Source: Escherichia coli (GTDB taxonomy: Bacteria > Pseudomonadota > Gammaproteobacteria > Enterobacterales > Enterobacteriaceae). Taken from it: 64,000 bases of DNA. The stretch lies in assembly GCF_030384885.1 (NCBI RefSeq), contig NZ_CP128613.1; one strand, given 5' to 3'. The position numbers and the translations under genes were made by a program. The notes below the pieces were generated by a model. That model did not search any database, had not been told where the DNA came from, and saw nothing but the letters and a program-made list of their open reading frames with translations. Positions 27,384-39,157 of this stretch are shown here, piece after piece (the stretch's first letter is position 1; each line of letters begins with the position of its first letter).

Positions 27384-29006
27384 TTACAGTTTTGGACCAG
27401 CCGCTACCAGCGCGGCACCCGCTGGGGTGTCGGTGTATTTATCGAAGTTGTCGATAAACAGTTTCGCCAGAGTTTCGGCTTTTTCCTGCCACTGTTCAGG
27501 AGAAGCGTAGGTGTTACGCGGATCGAGGATCTTAGTGTCTACGCCCGGCAGTTCAGTCGGGATTGCCAGGTTAAACATCGGCAAAGTGAAGGTTTCTGCG
27601 TTATCCAGCGAACCGTTGAGGATGGCGTCGATAATGGCGCGGGTATCTTTAATGGAGATACGTTTGCCAGTACCGTTCCAGCCAGTGTTAACCAGATATG
27701 CCTGCGCACCCGCCGCTTGCATACGTTTCACCAGCACTTCTGCGTACTGAGTTGGGTGCAGCGACAGGAACGCCGCGCCGAAGCAAGCGGAGAAGGTTGG
27801 CGTCGGTTCGGTGATGCCACGTTCAGTACCGGCCAGTTTGGCGGTGAAGCCAGAGAGGAAGTGGTACTGAGTTTGATCGGCAGTCAGGCGAGAAACCGGC
27901 GGCAGCACACCAAAGGCGTCTGCGGTCAGGAAGATAACTTTAGTTGCGTGGCCCGCTTTGGAAACCGGTTTAACGATGTTATCGATGTGATAGATCGGAT
28001 AAGAAACGCGGGTGTTCTCGGTTTTTGAACCATCGTCAAAATCGATAGTGCCATCTTCACGTACGGTGACGTTTTCCAGCAGCGCATCGCGACGGATAGC
28101 GTTGTAGATTTCAGGTTCCGCTTCTTTCGACAGCTTGATGGTTTTCGCGTAGCAGCCGCCTTCGAAGTTAAACACGCCGTCGTCATCCCAGCCGTGCTCG
28201 TCATCGCCAATCAGGCGACGTTTCGGGTCGGTGGAAAGGGTGGTTTTACCGGTGCCGGAAAGGCCAAAGAACACCGCAACATCGCCTTTCTCGCCAACGT
28301 TGGCGGAGCAGTGCATAGAAGCGATGCCTTTCAGCGGCAGCAGGTAGTTCATCATCGAGAACATCCCTTTCTTCATTTCGCCGCCGTACCAGGTACCGCC
28401 AATCAACTGCATACGCTCGGTCAGGTTAAACGCCACGAAGTTTTCAGAGTTCAGCCCCTGCTCTTTCCACTGGGGGTTAGTGCATTTTGCGCCGTTCATA
28501 ACGATAAAGTCAGGTTTAAAACCAGCCAGCTCTTCATCGCTCGGGCGAATAAACATGTTTTTGACAAAATGCGCCTGCCAGGCCACTTCGGTGATGAAAC
28601 GGACGGAAAGACGCGTGTCTGGGTTCGCACCACAGAAAGCGTCGACAACGAACAGACGTTTGCCAGAAAGCTGTTTGGTCACCAGGCCCTTCAGATGCTG
28701 CCAGGTTTCCGGAGAGAGAGGTTTGTTGTCGTTCTTACCTTTGCCTTTATCAGCCCACCAGAAGGTATCGCGAGTGGTATCGTCACGGACGATATACTTA
28801 TCTTTTGGTGAGCGACCGGTGAATATACCGGTATCGACGGCAACGGCACCCAGATTAGTTAACACCCCGCGCTCATAACCTGTCAGGCTCGGATCGAGCT
28901 CTTCCTGATACAGCAGGTCGTAGCTTGGGTTGTAAACGATATCATGTACGTCACTGATACCATAAGCCTCGAGTTCTTGCGGGGTCAAACCATTGTTAAC
29001 GCGCAT
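27384..29006 (-). CDS. pckA: Phosphoenolpyruvate carboxykinase (ATP)
   Basis: Recognised protein begins [30 protein letters not shown]... (540 aa); the track ORF starts 23 codons upstream. Confidence 0.95.
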
Positions 29007-29124
29007 TTCACTGCTCCTTAGCCAATATGTATTGCCTGAATAGTAAAGTCTTTTTGGGGGTGTTAACCGCGACAAGGCTCATAGATTTACGTATCTGGAG
29101 AAATTCATATTTGACAAAAAACTC

Positions 29125-29140
29125 CGTGATTCCTGTCACG
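29125..29140. promoter_or_regulatory. Candidate CRP site in the pckA upstream region
   Basis: cGTGA-ttcctg-TCACg fits TGTGA-N6-TCACA at 8 of 10 positions. Confidence 0.3.
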
Positions 29141-29384
29141 AAACGGTTGCTATTATCGCAGAAATAGCATTTTAGGTGTGGAAAATGTTCTTAAAAGGTT
29201 AAATCTTGGTTTATATGGCGGGAATATTGTGAGTGGAATCGCATTCCTGAATGAAATTGATGCAAATTCAATCGGTAAAGTATCGATTCACCACGCTAAC
29301 TTTTTTTGATTATTTTCTGAAAAAAGCAAAATACTACGGCCCGGATGCGATAATTAACCCACTTTTTGATTCTGGATAACTAAC

Positions 29385-31109
29385 ATGGATAACGTTGAAC
29401 TTTCACCCGCAACACGCTGGGGGATGATTGTTACCGGATTACTTCAGGGTCTAGTTTGCTACCTACTGATCGCCTGGCTTTCCGGAAAAAATCACAGTTG
29501 GATTGTTTATGGCGTGCCTGCGACCGTCGCGTTTTCATCCGTTTTACTCTTCTCCGTGATCTCCTTTAAACAGAAGCGCCTTTGGGGATGGCTGGCGCTG
29601 GTGTTTATTGCCACGCTGGGAATGAGCGGCTGGCTGAAGTGGCAAACTGATGGCATGAACCCCTGGAGAGCTGAAAAGGCGCTTTGGGATTTTGGTTGCT
29701 ATCTGCTGCTGATGGCAATGTTGTTGCTACCGTGGATACAACAAAGCCTTCGCATCCGCAATGACAGTAGCCGCTATCGCTATTTTTACCAGTCAGTATG
29801 GCATAACGTACTTATATTACTGGTGATTTTTCTCGCCAATGGCCTGACGTGGCTGGTACTTTTACTGTGGGGCGAGTTGTTTAAACTTGTTGGCATCACG
29901 TTTTTCAAAACGCTCTTTTTTGCAACCGACTGGTTTATTTATCTCACGTTAGGTCTGGTTACCGCACTGGCGGTGATCCTCGCGCGTACACAGTCACGTT
30001 TAATCGACTCTATTCAAAAGTTGTTCACGTTAATCGCCACGGGGTTGCTGCCGTTAGTATCATTGCTAACCCTGATGTTTATCATCACCCTGCCGTTTAC
30101 GGGCCTGAGCGCGATTTCTCGCCACATCTCCGCCGCCGGGTTGCTGTTGACGCTGGCCTTTTTGCAATTGATTTTAATGGCTATTGTCCGCAATCCGCAA
30201 AAAGCGTCACTTCCCTGGACGGGGCCGTTGCGTTGCCTGATTAAAACCGCTCTGCTGGCTGCTCCGCTGTATGTGTTCGTCGCCGCCTGGGCGTTATGGC
30301 TGCGGGTCGCTCAGTACGGCTGGACTGTCGACCGCTTGCAGGGCGCGCTGGCGGTGCTGGTGTTACTGATATGGTCGCTGGGGTATTTTGTCAGTATCGT
30401 CTGGCGTAAAGGGCAAAACCCTCTTGTTCTTCAGGGCAAAGTGAACCTTGCGGTTTCGTTATTGGTGTTGGTAATACTGGTGCTTCTTAATTCGCCGGTG
30501 CTGGATAGTATGCGCATTAGTGTGAACAGTCATATGGCACGTTATCAGAGCGGCAAGAACACGCCAGATCAGGTAAGTCTCTACATGCTCGAACAGAACG
30601 GTCGCTATGGACGTGCGGCGCTTGAGTCGCTGAAAAGCGATGCCGAGTATATGAAAGACCCGAAACGCGCACGGGATCTGCTGATGACGTTAGATGGAGA
30701 GCAACATCTTCAGGAACAGGTATCGGAAAAAGTATTAGCCGAAAATGTGTTAATTGCCCCAGGCTCTGGCAAACCGGATACGGCATTCTGGTCGGCCTTA
30801 ATCCAGGATCGCTATAACGTGATGACCTGTATTGAAAAAGACGCCTGCGTACTGGTCGAGCAAGATCTGAATAGTGATGGTCAGGTGGAGCGGATCCTGT
30901 TTGCTTTTAATGATGACAGAGTCATTGTCTATGGCTTTGACCCGGCCAGAAAAGAATGGGACGCGCTTGATATGAGTTTACTTCCGCGCCAAATAACGAA
31001 AGAAAAATTACTCGCTGCTGCGAAGGATGGAAAACTGGGGACGAAGCCTAAAGCATGGTGTGATCTGACGGTAGATGGTGAAACGCTGGAAATAAACCTA
31101 AGTAAGTGA
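29385..31109 (+). CDS. yhgE: Inner membrane protein YhgE
   Basis: 574 aa polytopic ORF; [32 protein letters not shown]... Confidence 0.88.
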   Translation: MDNVELSPATRWGMIVTGLLQGLVCYLLIAWLSGKNHSWIVYGVPATVAFSSVLLFSVISFKQKRLWGWLALVFIATLGMSGWLKWQTDGMNPWRAEKALWDFGCYLLLMAMLLLPWIQQSLRIRNDSSRYRYFYQSVWHNVLILLVIFLANGLTWLVLLLWGELFKLVGITFFKTLFFATDWFIYLTLGLVTALAVILARTQSRLIDSIQKLFTLIATGLLPLVSLLTLMFIITLPFTGLSAISRHISAAGLLLTLAFLQLILMAIVRNPQKASLPWTGPLRCLIKTALLAAPLYVFVAAWALWLRVAQYGWTVDRLQGALAVLVLLIWSLGYFVSIVWRKGQNPLVLQGKVNLAVSLLVLVILVLLNSPVLDSMRISVNSHMARYQSGKNTPDQVSLYMLEQNGRYGRAALESLKSDAEYMKDPKRARDLLMTLDGEQHLQEQVSEKVLAENVLIAPGSGKPDTAFWSALIQDRYNVMTCIEKDACVLVEQDLNSDGQVERILFAFNDDRVIVYGFDPARKEWDALDMSLLPRQITKEKLLAAAKDGKLGTKPKAWCDLTVDGETLEINLSK

Positions 31110-31177
31110 CAATGCGTATTTGATTTTTTATCGGATACGACGCTTTATCTTACCAACAATAACTTGCGAATTATTGC

Positions 31178-31206
31178 GTAGGCCTGGTAAGCGCAGCGCA
31201 TCAGGC
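31178..31206. repeat. REP element between yhgE and hslO
   Basis: Reverse complement reads GCCTGATGCGCTGCGCTTACCAGGCCTAC, REP-like; a second hairpin TCCGGCAGAG...CTGCCGGA follows at about 31222-31245. Confidence 0.6.
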
Positions 31207-31253
31207 CATTACGTCGTAAAATCCGGCAGAGCACTCTCTGCCGGACATACTCA

Positions 31254-32132
31254 TTAATGAACTTGCGGATCTGCCGGAGACGCGTTGTTGCGGATTTCAG
31301 CAATATCCATCGCATTGAACAGATAGTGGTTACCGCAGTAATCACAATGCATGTCAATTTCGCCTTCTTCCGCCAGAATGCTATCCACTTCTTCATCCGG
31401 CAGTGTTTTTAGCGCGTCGGCGCAACGTTCACGCGAACAGGTGCATTTGAACTCCACATCCTGCGGATCGTAAACCGTCACCTCTTCTTCGTGATACAAA
31501 CGCCACAACACTTCGTTTGCCGGTAAGGTCAGCAGTTCTTCGGTTTTGATGGTTTCGGTTAGCGTTGCCAGGTGGTCAAAGTCGTCCTGCTGGGCATTTT
31601 GCGCAGGCATTACCTGCAACAACATACCGCCTGCAGCCGGTTTGCCGTCTACGTCGCCGGTGCGAATAAACAGGCGCGTCGGCAGCTGTTCAGAACGCAT
31701 AAAGTAATCTTCCAGGCAGGCCGCCAGGGTATCACCTTCCAGACCCACCACGCCCTGATAGCGTTCACCTTCGCTCGGGGTGATGGTGATCACCACGTAA
31801 CCATTGCCCACTAGCGTTTTCAGGTCGGCATTTTCCGGAATTTCGCCCTGTACGCGCGCGACGCCACGCATCTGCTGTTTGTTGTTTCCGTTGATGACCG
31901 CCAGACTCATCGGGCCGTCGCCTTGCAGCTGTACGGTGATATCACCATCAAATTTTAGCGTAGCGGTTAACAGGCTGGTCGCAACCAGCAGTTCTGCCAG
32001 CACGTTTTTAACGGGCTGCGGATAATCGTGATTCTCAAGGATCTGTTGCAGGGTTTCCGAAACGGTTACCAGTTCGCCGCGTACGGCAAAGTTTTCAAAC
32101 AGATAGCGATGTAATTGGTCATGTTGCGGCAT
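31254..32132 (-). CDS. hslO: Redox-regulated chaperone Hsp33
   Basis: Recognised protein begins [24 protein letters not shown]... (292 aa), with C-terminal zinc-centre cysteines CTCSRERC...CDYCG; the track ORF has 2 extra N-terminal codons. Confidence 0.93.
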   Translation of the reverse strand: MPQHDQLHRYLFENFAVRGELVTVSETLQQILENHDYPQPVKNVLAELLVATSLLTATLKFDGDITVQLQGDGPMSLAVINGNNKQQMRGVARVQGEIPENADLKTLVGNGYVVITITPSEGERYQGVVGLEGDTLAACLEDYFMRSEQLPTRLFIRTGDVDGKPAAGGMLLQVMPAQNAQQDDFDHLATLTETIKTEELLTLPANEVLWRLYHEEEVTVYDPQDVEFKCTCSRERCADALKTLPDEEVDSILAEEGEIDMHCDYCGNHYLFNAMDIAEIRNNASPADPQVH

Positions 32133-32156
32133 AATCATCTCTCTTGCAGGTGACAG

Positions 32157-32558
32157 TTATTCACTGTCGCCATGTTTAAATCGTAACAGGTCGCGGCGCT
32201 CTTTTTTGTCCGGGCGTCGGTCCGGGTGCGGCATGGTTAAGGCATTAAGTTTACGTGCCAGCGCCATTTTTTCGCGTTTCTCTACACTTTCTGCAGTCTC
32301 TTCATACAGCAAGACTGCCTCGCTGGCGGGGCGACGCTGTTCAGTAATCGCCTTTACAATCACCGTTCGTTCGTCATTTCCCTGGCGCAGAGTGAGCGTG
32401 GCATTCAGCTCGACGATTTTGCTTGGCTTGCTGCGCTGCCCGTTGTAGTGCACCTTACCGCCTTCGATCATTTCGCGGGCCAGCGCGCGGGTTTTATAAA
32501 AACGGGCGGCCCATAGCCATTTATCCAGTCGAACCTCAACAGCAGGTTTTTCTTTCAT
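32157..32558 (-). CDS. hslR: Ribosome-associated heat shock protein Hsp15
   Basis: 133 aa; MKEKPAVEVRLDKWLWAARFYKTRALAREMIEGGKVHYNGQRSKPSK..., S4 domain. Confidence 0.93.
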   Translation of the reverse strand: MKEKPAVEVRLDKWLWAARFYKTRALAREMIEGGKVHYNGQRSKPSKIVELNATLTLRQGNDERTVIVKAITEQRRPASEAVLLYEETAESVEKREKMALARKLNALTMPHPDRRPDKKERRDLLRFKHGDSE

Positions 32559-32568
32559 GGCGTCTCCT

Positions 32569-33237
32569 TCACATTAGCGAGGGGATCAGGCGGCGGTAGT
32601 CATTCAGTGACGGATGGTGCTGATACTGTTTCTCGGCAATCCCGGAGTCAGGATTAGTCACGCCGAGGCAGTAACGAATACCAAATTGTGCGGCAGCATC
32701 GAGAATCGCTTCGCTGTCATCAATAAACAGCGTTCTTTCAGCTTTCAGACCCGTAGCTTCGGCCACCGCATGCCATAACCGCTGATCCTCTTTCGGATAA
32801 CCAAATGTGTGGGTGGAAAGTAATAAATCAAGGTGTGCGTCCAGACCGGTATGCTCAAGTTTTACCGCCAGGTTATGCGGATGAGCATTGGTGAGCAAAA
32901 TTCGCTGCTTACCACTGGCTTTCAGTGCCTCAAGAAACGGAATGGTATCTTCACGCAGTACGGCACGCGGTCCCATCTCGGTGGTCATCGCACAGATATC
33001 CAGACCCAGTTGCTCACTCCAGTAATCAAGACAGTACCAGTTTAGCGTATGCTGCACGTCGTGATATTGCTGGCGCATATAGTCCATCGCTTCCTGTGGT
33101 GTGACCCCGTTTTTCGCCCCCCATGTTTCAGGCACCAGCTTTTGCCAGAAATAGTTATCGAAGGCGAGGTCGAGCAACGTGCCGTCCATATCCAGCAGAA
33201 CGGTATCTACGTCCTGCCAGGCAATGTTGATATGCAT
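32569..33237 (-). CDS. yrfG: HAD-family GMP/IMP nucleotidase YrfG
   Basis: Recognised protein begins MHINIAWQDVDTVLLDMDGTLLD... (222 aa) with the HAD DxDGT motif; the track ORF starts 15 codons upstream. Confidence 0.88.
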   Translation of the reverse strand: MHINIAWQDVDTVLLDMDGTLLDLAFDNYFWQKLVPETWGAKNGVTPQEAMDYMRQQYHDVQHTLNWYCLDYWSEQLGLDICAMTTEMGPRAVLREDTIPFLEALKASGKQRILLTNAHPHNLAVKLEHTGLDAHLDLLLSTHTFGYPKEDQRLWHAVAEATGLKAERTLFIDDSEAILDAAAQFGIRYCLGVTNPDSGIAEKQYQHHPSLNDYRRLIPSLM

Positions 33238-33301
33238 GAGGGAAATCTCCAGAGTGAAGCAATTTGCGCGACAGGGTAGCATAACCTGCCGCGCAAACGT
33301 G

Positions 33302-35437
33302 TTATTCGATAAGGCTTTCTGAAGGGGTGATCAGTTGCGGGTTCAGGCAGCTTTCATAATAGGCCTGAATCTCCATCATGCGAGTGCGATGACGCTGGTA
33401 ACGACGCCAGGCCTGTACGCCATTGTAAATGGCGCTACCCAGCATCGTCAGTAGCAGCAGTGTGGTGCTGAGATAGCGCCACAGACCGGAACGATCCGGG
33501 ATCGGATGAAGGCCAATATGCTGCGTACCATTGGCGTCAGTGAAGATTTTTGTGACGATACCCTCGGCGTTAAACGGCGTATGCATCAGCATTTGTGCCA
33601 GTTTCTGGAAAGCGTTCCACTGTTCTTGCGGCGGGTAGTCGTAAAGTGATGTTGAAGGCCAGGGTTGATCAACAAAATCGCTGCCTTCGTCGCTGACAAT
33701 CAGGAATCCGCCGGGGGCCGGACTGTTAAGTGACTGTGCCGCTCGCGCTGTTTCATGCGTGATGAACGGTGCGGTGGAGGTCGCCACCAGGTTATCCAGC
33801 GATTCCGCACTCACTGGGCGTAATAACACATTCACGCCATCGAGTTTCCCGGCGTTAGCGCGTTTAACCAGCGCGTCCCAGTCTTTACTGTTGCCGAGAT
33901 TGACCAGCGCATTTTTCAGTCGCACACAGTCATCTTTGGCAGAACAAAGATCCGCTGTCTTCAGTACGATATCGCCAAAATCATCAAGCAATACCATGCC
34001 GGATTTTTGAATTGCTGAACGTAATGAGGCGCTGACGCGAGATTCATCTTCCGGTTTAGGGTGCAGCTGGCGATTAACTGCTTCGGTCAATGCCGTCGCT
34101 TTGTTGACCAGTTCAGATTCTGGTAATGGTAATGAACGGGCGTCATTCCAGATGATCTGCGAGCAGTCAAACGGTAAAAAAGGTGAATTGGTTTTCGCGC
34201 TCCAGGTACCGGAAGTGCGAATATTACACATTCCCGTACCGCTAATACGCAATGTATCGCCAACCCGCACGCCAGCGTCAGCCAGTTGTTTCACGCTGGT
34301 GGCTTCAATGGTCTGCGCGCCTTTCATCCACGAGAGGGTGAATTTCAGCGGCATATCCAGCGGGATCCAGAATAACAGCATAAACAGCACCAGTAGCGAG
34401 CCCGCAGCGATAATCGTACTGCGCAGCCAGTGCTGTAACGGAAAGTTTTTTACTTCATCATGCAGCGAAAGATATCGCCCCTGACGCACTACGTGGCGGT
34501 CGAGATAGATATCGATATCGGTTTGTTGGCCGAGATCCTGAGCAATGTAGGGCTGCCAGTGTGCGGGATAGACCAGGTCGATAATACCGAGTGAAATATT
34601 GTTGATCTGTTCCTGATCGTTTTCGCCAAACAATCCCCAACGACGCGGTGTACCGCGCAGACAATGAATTTCCCGCAGGGAGGATTTTGCCGGGGGCGCG
34701 AATAGTCCCCACAGTCCTGCGCCCAGCAGCAGTAACGCGCCGCCTGCCAGCCACGGAACAAATACATCCGGGGTAATCAGGCAGAAAAAGAACATCAGGA
34801 AGGAGGCGACAATCAGCAACGCTTCGCGCAGCCCGCGCGGACGACTTAGCGCATACTCTTCGTGCGTTTCTTTGCGAATATTGAGTAGCTCGATTTGCTC
34901 ACTCTCTTCCCCGCGAATAGACGCCTGTGTTGACGGAACAGGTTGCAAGGCATAGCCGCGAGTTTCCTGCATGTACTCCTGCAGCGTATGACCGTTGAGT
35001 GAAATAACCAGCGGCAGCGAATCGGTATGAATCAGTTCAACGCTATTCTCATCGTTGATGTACTGCTCCCAGAAAGGGGGCAGGTGGACTTCTACCGAAT
35101 CGAGGTAGTAACGCCATTTATTCGGATCGTCGGTAGAGATGCCGTAACGCGTGATAGCGTGTGTCAGCATCATGACGTTGTTGCTTTCGGCATTCAGCGC
35201 CAGAGAGATCGGTGCCGCGCTGGCTCCCGTTGGGCCCGGCGCCTGTAATACCTGCGTCAGGCTCTCAAGATAATTTTCAACGGCGCTACGTTCTTCAGGT
35301 GTGAGTTTACGCGTTTGCGCATCCGCGAAGGCGTTGGTCCAGGGCAGCTGACGCCGTCTGGATCGCACTTTTATCAGCCATCCCGCAAGTAGTGAGCAGG
35401 CCAGCAAAGCAGCTAAAAAAATCACAATGGTGCTCAT
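33302..35437 (-). CDS. igaA: Intracellular growth attenuator IgaA (YrfF), inner membrane Rcs regulator
   Basis: 711 aa; MSTIVIFLAALLACSLLAGWLIKVRSRRRQLPWTNAF... Confidence 0.92.
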   Translation of the reverse strand: MSTIVIFLAALLACSLLAGWLIKVRSRRRQLPWTNAFADAQTRKLTPEERSAVENYLESLTQVLQAPGPTGASAAPISLALNAESNNVMMLTHAITRYGISTDDPNKWRYYLDSVEVHLPPFWEQYINDENSVELIHTDSLPLVISLNGHTLQEYMQETRGYALQPVPSTQASIRGEESEQIELLNIRKETHEEYALSRPRGLREALLIVASFLMFFFCLITPDVFVPWLAGGALLLLGAGLWGLFAPPAKSSLREIHCLRGTPRRWGLFGENDQEQINNISLGIIDLVYPAHWQPYIAQDLGQQTDIDIYLDRHVVRQGRYLSLHDEVKNFPLQHWLRSTIIAAGSLLVLFMLLFWIPLDMPLKFTLSWMKGAQTIEATSVKQLADAGVRVGDTLRISGTGMCNIRTSGTWSAKTNSPFLPFDCSQIIWNDARSLPLPESELVNKATALTEAVNRQLHPKPEDESRVSASLRSAIQKSGMVLLDDFGDIVLKTADLCSAKDDCVRLKNALVNLGNSKDWDALVKRANAGKLDGVNVLLRPVSAESLDNLVATSTAPFITHETARAAQSLNSPAPGGFLIVSDEGSDFVDQPWPSTSLYDYPPQEQWNAFQKLAQMLMHTPFNAEGIVTKIFTDANGTQHIGLHPIPDRSGLWRYLSTTLLLLTMLGSAIYNGVQAWRRYQRHRTRMMEIQAYYESCLNPQLITPSESLIE

Positions 35438-35756
35438 GCTTTCCCCATCTTACTTAGTCTGTCAGGCGTGGTCAGTCGCACCGGACACAATACATGATTC
35501 TGCGGTTGGCTATCGGCAAGCGTGGAGTTTAACTTGAGCATCATTAAGCACATCACAGTAACCGCTGATCATAGCAAACCCTCTGAAGGCGGAATATCAG
35601 CAAATTCCTGGAGTTATTTCAACCTATTGACTTTTAATTTGATTTGAGGATGATTATTTAATAAGTTACATAAATGTAAATAACATGCAATTCACATTGC
35701 CGAAAGCGTGTCCGATATCGCACAATAACCGCTGATTTCACAGCATAGATCCCACG

Positions 35757-36317
35757 ATGAGCAAATCATTACAAAAACCCACCATTCTGAATGTTGAAAC
35801 TGTAGCCCGTTCACGACTGTTTACCGTCGAAAGCGTGGATCTGGAGTTCAGCAATGGCGTGCGGCGTGTTTATGAACGAATGCGTCCAACCAACCGGGAA
35901 GCGGTGATGATTGTGCCGATTGTGGACGATCACCTGATCCTGATCCGCGAATACGCAGTGGGAACGGAATCCTACGAATTAGGTTTTTCGAAAGGATTAA
36001 TTGATCCGGGTGAAAGCGTCTACGAAGCCGCTAACCGCGAGCTAAAAGAAGAAGTGGGATTTGGTGCGAACGATCTGACTTTTTTGAAGAAGCTCAGCAT
36101 GGCACCGTCTTACTTTTCCAGCAAAATGAATATCGTGGTAGCGCAAGATCTCTACCCGGAATCGCTGGAAGGCGATGAGCCAGAGCCGCTACCACAGGTG
36201 CGCTGGCCGCTGGCGCATATGATGGATTTGCTGGAAGATCCTGACTTCAACGAAGCACGTAATGTCAGCGCACTGTTCCTCGTGCGCGAGTGGTTGAAGG
36301 AGCAGGGGCGAGTGTAA
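35757..36317 (+). CDS. nudE: ADP compounds hydrolase NudE (Nudix)
   Basis: 186 aa; MSKSLQKPTILNVETVARSRLF...; Nudix box GLIDPGESVYEAANRELKEEVG. Confidence 0.93.
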   Translation: MSKSLQKPTILNVETVARSRLFTVESVDLEFSNGVRRVYERMRPTNREAVMIVPIVDDHLILIREYAVGTESYELGFSKGLIDPGESVYEAANRELKEEVGFGANDLTFLKKLSMAPSYFSSKMNIVVAQDLYPESLEGDEPEPLPQVRWPLAHMMDLLEDPDFNEARNVSALFLVREWLKEQGRV

Positions 36318-36329
36318 ATGCGTGAAGTT

Positions 36330-36430
36330 TGCCTGATGCACAATGCTTATCAGGCCTGCGCGGCTCCTGCAATATATTGATTTTTCTCGATGTTGCCAGA
36401 CGGATAACGTGTTCACGCCGTATCCGGTAT
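36330..36430. repeat. BIME-like pair of REP elements between nudE and mrcA
   Basis: GCCTGATGCACAATGCTTATCAGGCCTGC and GCCAGACGGATAACGTGTTCACGCCGTATCCGGTAT are REP-like units in opposite orientation. Confidence 0.6.
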
Positions 36431-36459
36431 AAATAAAGTGACACTTTGTCAGCAAACTG

Positions 36460-36484
36460 AAAAAGGCGCCGAAGCGCCTTTTTA
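36460..36484. terminator. Bidirectional intrinsic terminator between nudE and mrcA
   Basis: AAAAA-GGCGC-cgaa-GCGCC-TTTTT. Confidence 0.75.
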
Positions 36485-36485
36485 A

Positions 36486-39038
36486 TCAGAACAATTCCTG
36501 TGCCTCGCCATTATCGATAATGGTCGTTCCCACCTCGTGCACCGCCTGTTGTGTCGGCTGTGTACCTTCGATGAAATACTCTTCGCGGCTGTTGCCACCA
36601 TTAGCTAACTGCCCGGTGCTGCGATCGATATTCACCGTCACAATACCCGGCGGCGGCGTCAGCGGCTGTTCCGGCACGCCTTCAAGAACGGCTTTCATAT
36701 AAGCGTCCCATGCAGGCTGGGCACTCTTGGCACCGCCTTCGTAACCTGAGATCTGATCTTTAATCGCTCCGGAAGCCGTTGTATGACCGAGATTACGGCG
36801 GTGATCATCAAAGCCAATCCAAACCGAGGTCACAACGCCCGGACCGTAACCCGAGAACCACGCATCTTTCGAACTGTTAGTGGTACCCGTTTTTCCGCCG
36901 ATATCATGCCGTTGTAAATCACGACCTGCTCGCCAGCCGGTACCCTGCCAGCCTGGCTCACCAAAAATATTGGTGTTCAGGGCGCTCTTAATCAGGAATG
37001 CCAGCGGAGTGTTGATGACGTGCGGTGCGTACTCCTGCGCGCCAGTCTTCGCGACTAACGCCTGATTCGCCTGCTCCAGCTGCGGCATTGGTACAGAAAC
37101 ATTCTGCTGCTCGCGGGAGATAGCGACATCTTCAACATCGTTATTTTCCAGCACGTTCGATTTCTGCGTATCACCGTAAATCACCGGAATATCGCATTCC
37201 GGGCAGGCTACTTTCGGTTTCGCTTCGAAAATCACGCCGCCCTGATCGTTTTCAATTTTGCTGATAAACCACGGGTCCACCAGGAAGCCGCCGTTCGCCA
37301 TTACCGCGTAGCCGCGCGCCACCTGCATTGGGGTGAAGGACGCTGAACCCAGCGCCAGCGATTCGGTGTGGACAATGTTTTGCGCCGGGAAGCCGAAGCG
37401 TTGCAGATATTCTGCAGCGTAGTCGACGCCCATCGCCCGCATTGCGCGTACCATCACCACGTTTTTCGACTGGCCCAGTCCCTGACGTAAGCGAATTGGA
37501 CCGGCATACTGTGGTGGTGAGTTCTTCGGCTGCCAGTCAGAACCGGCACCTGCATCCCAGCGGGAAATTGGCACATCGTTCAACATACTTGCCAGCGTCA
37601 GACCTTTATCCATCGCCGCGGTGTAGAGGAACGGTTTGATGTTGGAACCTACCTGACGCAGTGCCTGGGTGGCGCGGTTAAACTTGCTCTGATTGAAATC
37701 AAAGCCACCGACCAGCGCCATAACGGCACCGTTTTGCGGATTGATCGACACCAGCGCCGAGTTCACTTCCGGCACTTGTGCAAGCCACCATGCATCGCCA
37801 ACCTGACGAACCCAGATTTGCTGACCCGTTTGCAGAACATCGGTCACTTTACGCGGCGTCGGTCCCTGCTGAGTATCCGAACGGTAAGGACGCGCCCAGC
37901 GAACGCCTTCCATACTCAATGCGACGGTCGACCCGTCCGCCAGCATCGCCGTCGCTTCCTGAGGATTGGCGCTGGTGACTGCGGCAGGCAGCAGCGGACC
38001 ATAGGTCGGCAGCGCCTTCAGCGTATCGGTAATCTTGTTGTTATCCCACGCCGATTCGCCCACTTTCCACAGCACATTTGCCGGGCCGCGATAGCCGTGG
38101 CGCATGTCGTAGTCCAGCACGTTATTACGTACTGCCTGCTGTGCGGCCTGCTGTACTTTGCGGGTGATGGTGGTGTAAATGCGATAACCGTCTTCATAGG
38201 CACTTTCGCCATAACGGTTATACATCTCCTGGCGCACCATTTCGCTCAGGTACGGCGCAGAGAAAGCAATCTCCGGCGCGTGATAGTTAGCGTTAATCGC
38301 CTCAGTGCGTGTCTGATCGAACTGTTGTTGGGTGATATACCCTTCATCCAGCATCCGCGACAGTACGACGTTACGCCGCGCGACGGCACGATCCATTGAG
38401 TAGAGCGGATTAAAGGTGGAAGGCGCTTTCGGCAGCCCGGCTATCACCGCCATTTCGTTCAGCGTCAGTTGGTCGACCGTTTTACCGAAATAGACTTGTG
38501 CCGCAGCACCGACACCATAGGCGCGGTAACCGAGGTAAATCTTGTTCAGATAAAGCTCGAGGATCTCGTCTTTCGTCAGCAACTGTTCAATGCGAATCGC
38601 GAGGAAGACTTCCTTAATCTTACGCATCAGCGTGCGTTCTGGACTGAGGAAGAAGTTTCTCGCCAGCTGCTGGGTAATGGTACTCGCCCCTTGTGACGCG
38701 TGGCCGGAGAACAGCGCCACACTTGCCGCACGGAAGATCCCCACCGGGTCAACGCCGTGATGCTCGTAGAAGCGGCTGTCTTCCGTCGCGATAAAGGCTT
38801 TCACCATCTCCGGCGGGATTTGATCCAACGTAACCGGAATACGACGTTTCTCACCGTATTGAGCAATCAGCTCGCCATCGGCGCTGTAAATCTGCATCGG
38901 AATTTGCAGGCGAACATCTTTTAATGTCGCCACATCCGGCAGTTGTGGCTCGATGTAGCGGTATAGGCCATAAATCGAGCCTGCTCCCAGCAGAATGCAA
39001 CAGACTGCAAGGATCAAAAAATACTTTACGAACTTCAC
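36486..39038 (-). CDS. mrcA: Penicillin-binding protein 1A (bifunctional transglycosylase/transpeptidase)
   Basis: Recognised protein begins MKFVKYFLILAVCCILLGAGSIYG... (850 aa); the track ORF starts 8 codons upstream. Confidence 0.95.
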   Translation of the reverse strand: MKFVKYFLILAVCCILLGAGSIYGLYRYIEPQLPDVATLKDVRLQIPMQIYSADGELIAQYGEKRRIPVTLDQIPPEMVKAFIATEDSRFYEHHGVDPVGIFRAASVALFSGHASQGASTITQQLARNFFLSPERTLMRKIKEVFLAIRIEQLLTKDEILELYLNKIYLGYRAYGVGAAAQVYFGKTVDQLTLNEMAVIAGLPKAPSTFNPLYSMDRAVARRNVVLSRMLDEGYITQQQFDQTRTEAINANYHAPEIAFSAPYLSEMVRQEMYNRYGESAYEDGYRIYTTITRKVQQAAQQAVRNNVLDYDMRHGYRGPANVLWKVGESAWDNNKITDTLKALPTYGPLLPAAVTSANPQEATAMLADGSTVALSMEGVRWARPYRSDTQQGPTPRKVTDVLQTGQQIWVRQVGDAWWLAQVPEVNSALVSINPQNGAVMALVGGFDFNQSKFNRATQALRQVGSNIKPFLYTAAMDKGLTLASMLNDVPISRWDAGAGSDWQPKNSPPQYAGPIRLRQGLGQSKNVVMVRAMRAMGVDYAAEYLQRFGFPAQNIVHTESLALGSASFTPMQVARGYAVMANGGFLVDPWFISKIENDQGGVIFEAKPKVACPECDIPVIYGDTQKSNVLENNDVEDVAISREQQNVSVPMPQLEQANQALVAKTGAQEYAPHVINTPLAFLIKSALNTNIFGEPGWQGTGWRAGRDLQRHDIGGKTGTTNSSKDAWFSGYGPGVVTSVWIGFDDHRRNLGHTTASGAIKDQISGYEGGAKSAQPAWDAYMKAVLEGVPEQPLTPPPGIVTVNIDRSTGQLANGGNSREEYFIEGTQPTQQAVHEVGTTIIDNGEAQELF

Positions 39039-39157
39039 TGGAAATTTCCCATTTAGTTTCATTTGGGCAGTTTATAAACAAACGCGCGGTAGTATAAAGG
39101 CAAGCCAGACGCATTGATATACCCGTCAGAGTGACGGGTGATAAGGAGATCATCACA

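Noticed and set aside
28194-28811. 205 aa plus-strand ORF inside pckA
   Set aside because: Antisense to pckA.
37734-38399. 221 aa plus-strand ORF inside mrcA
   Set aside because: Antisense to mrcA; Arg-rich.
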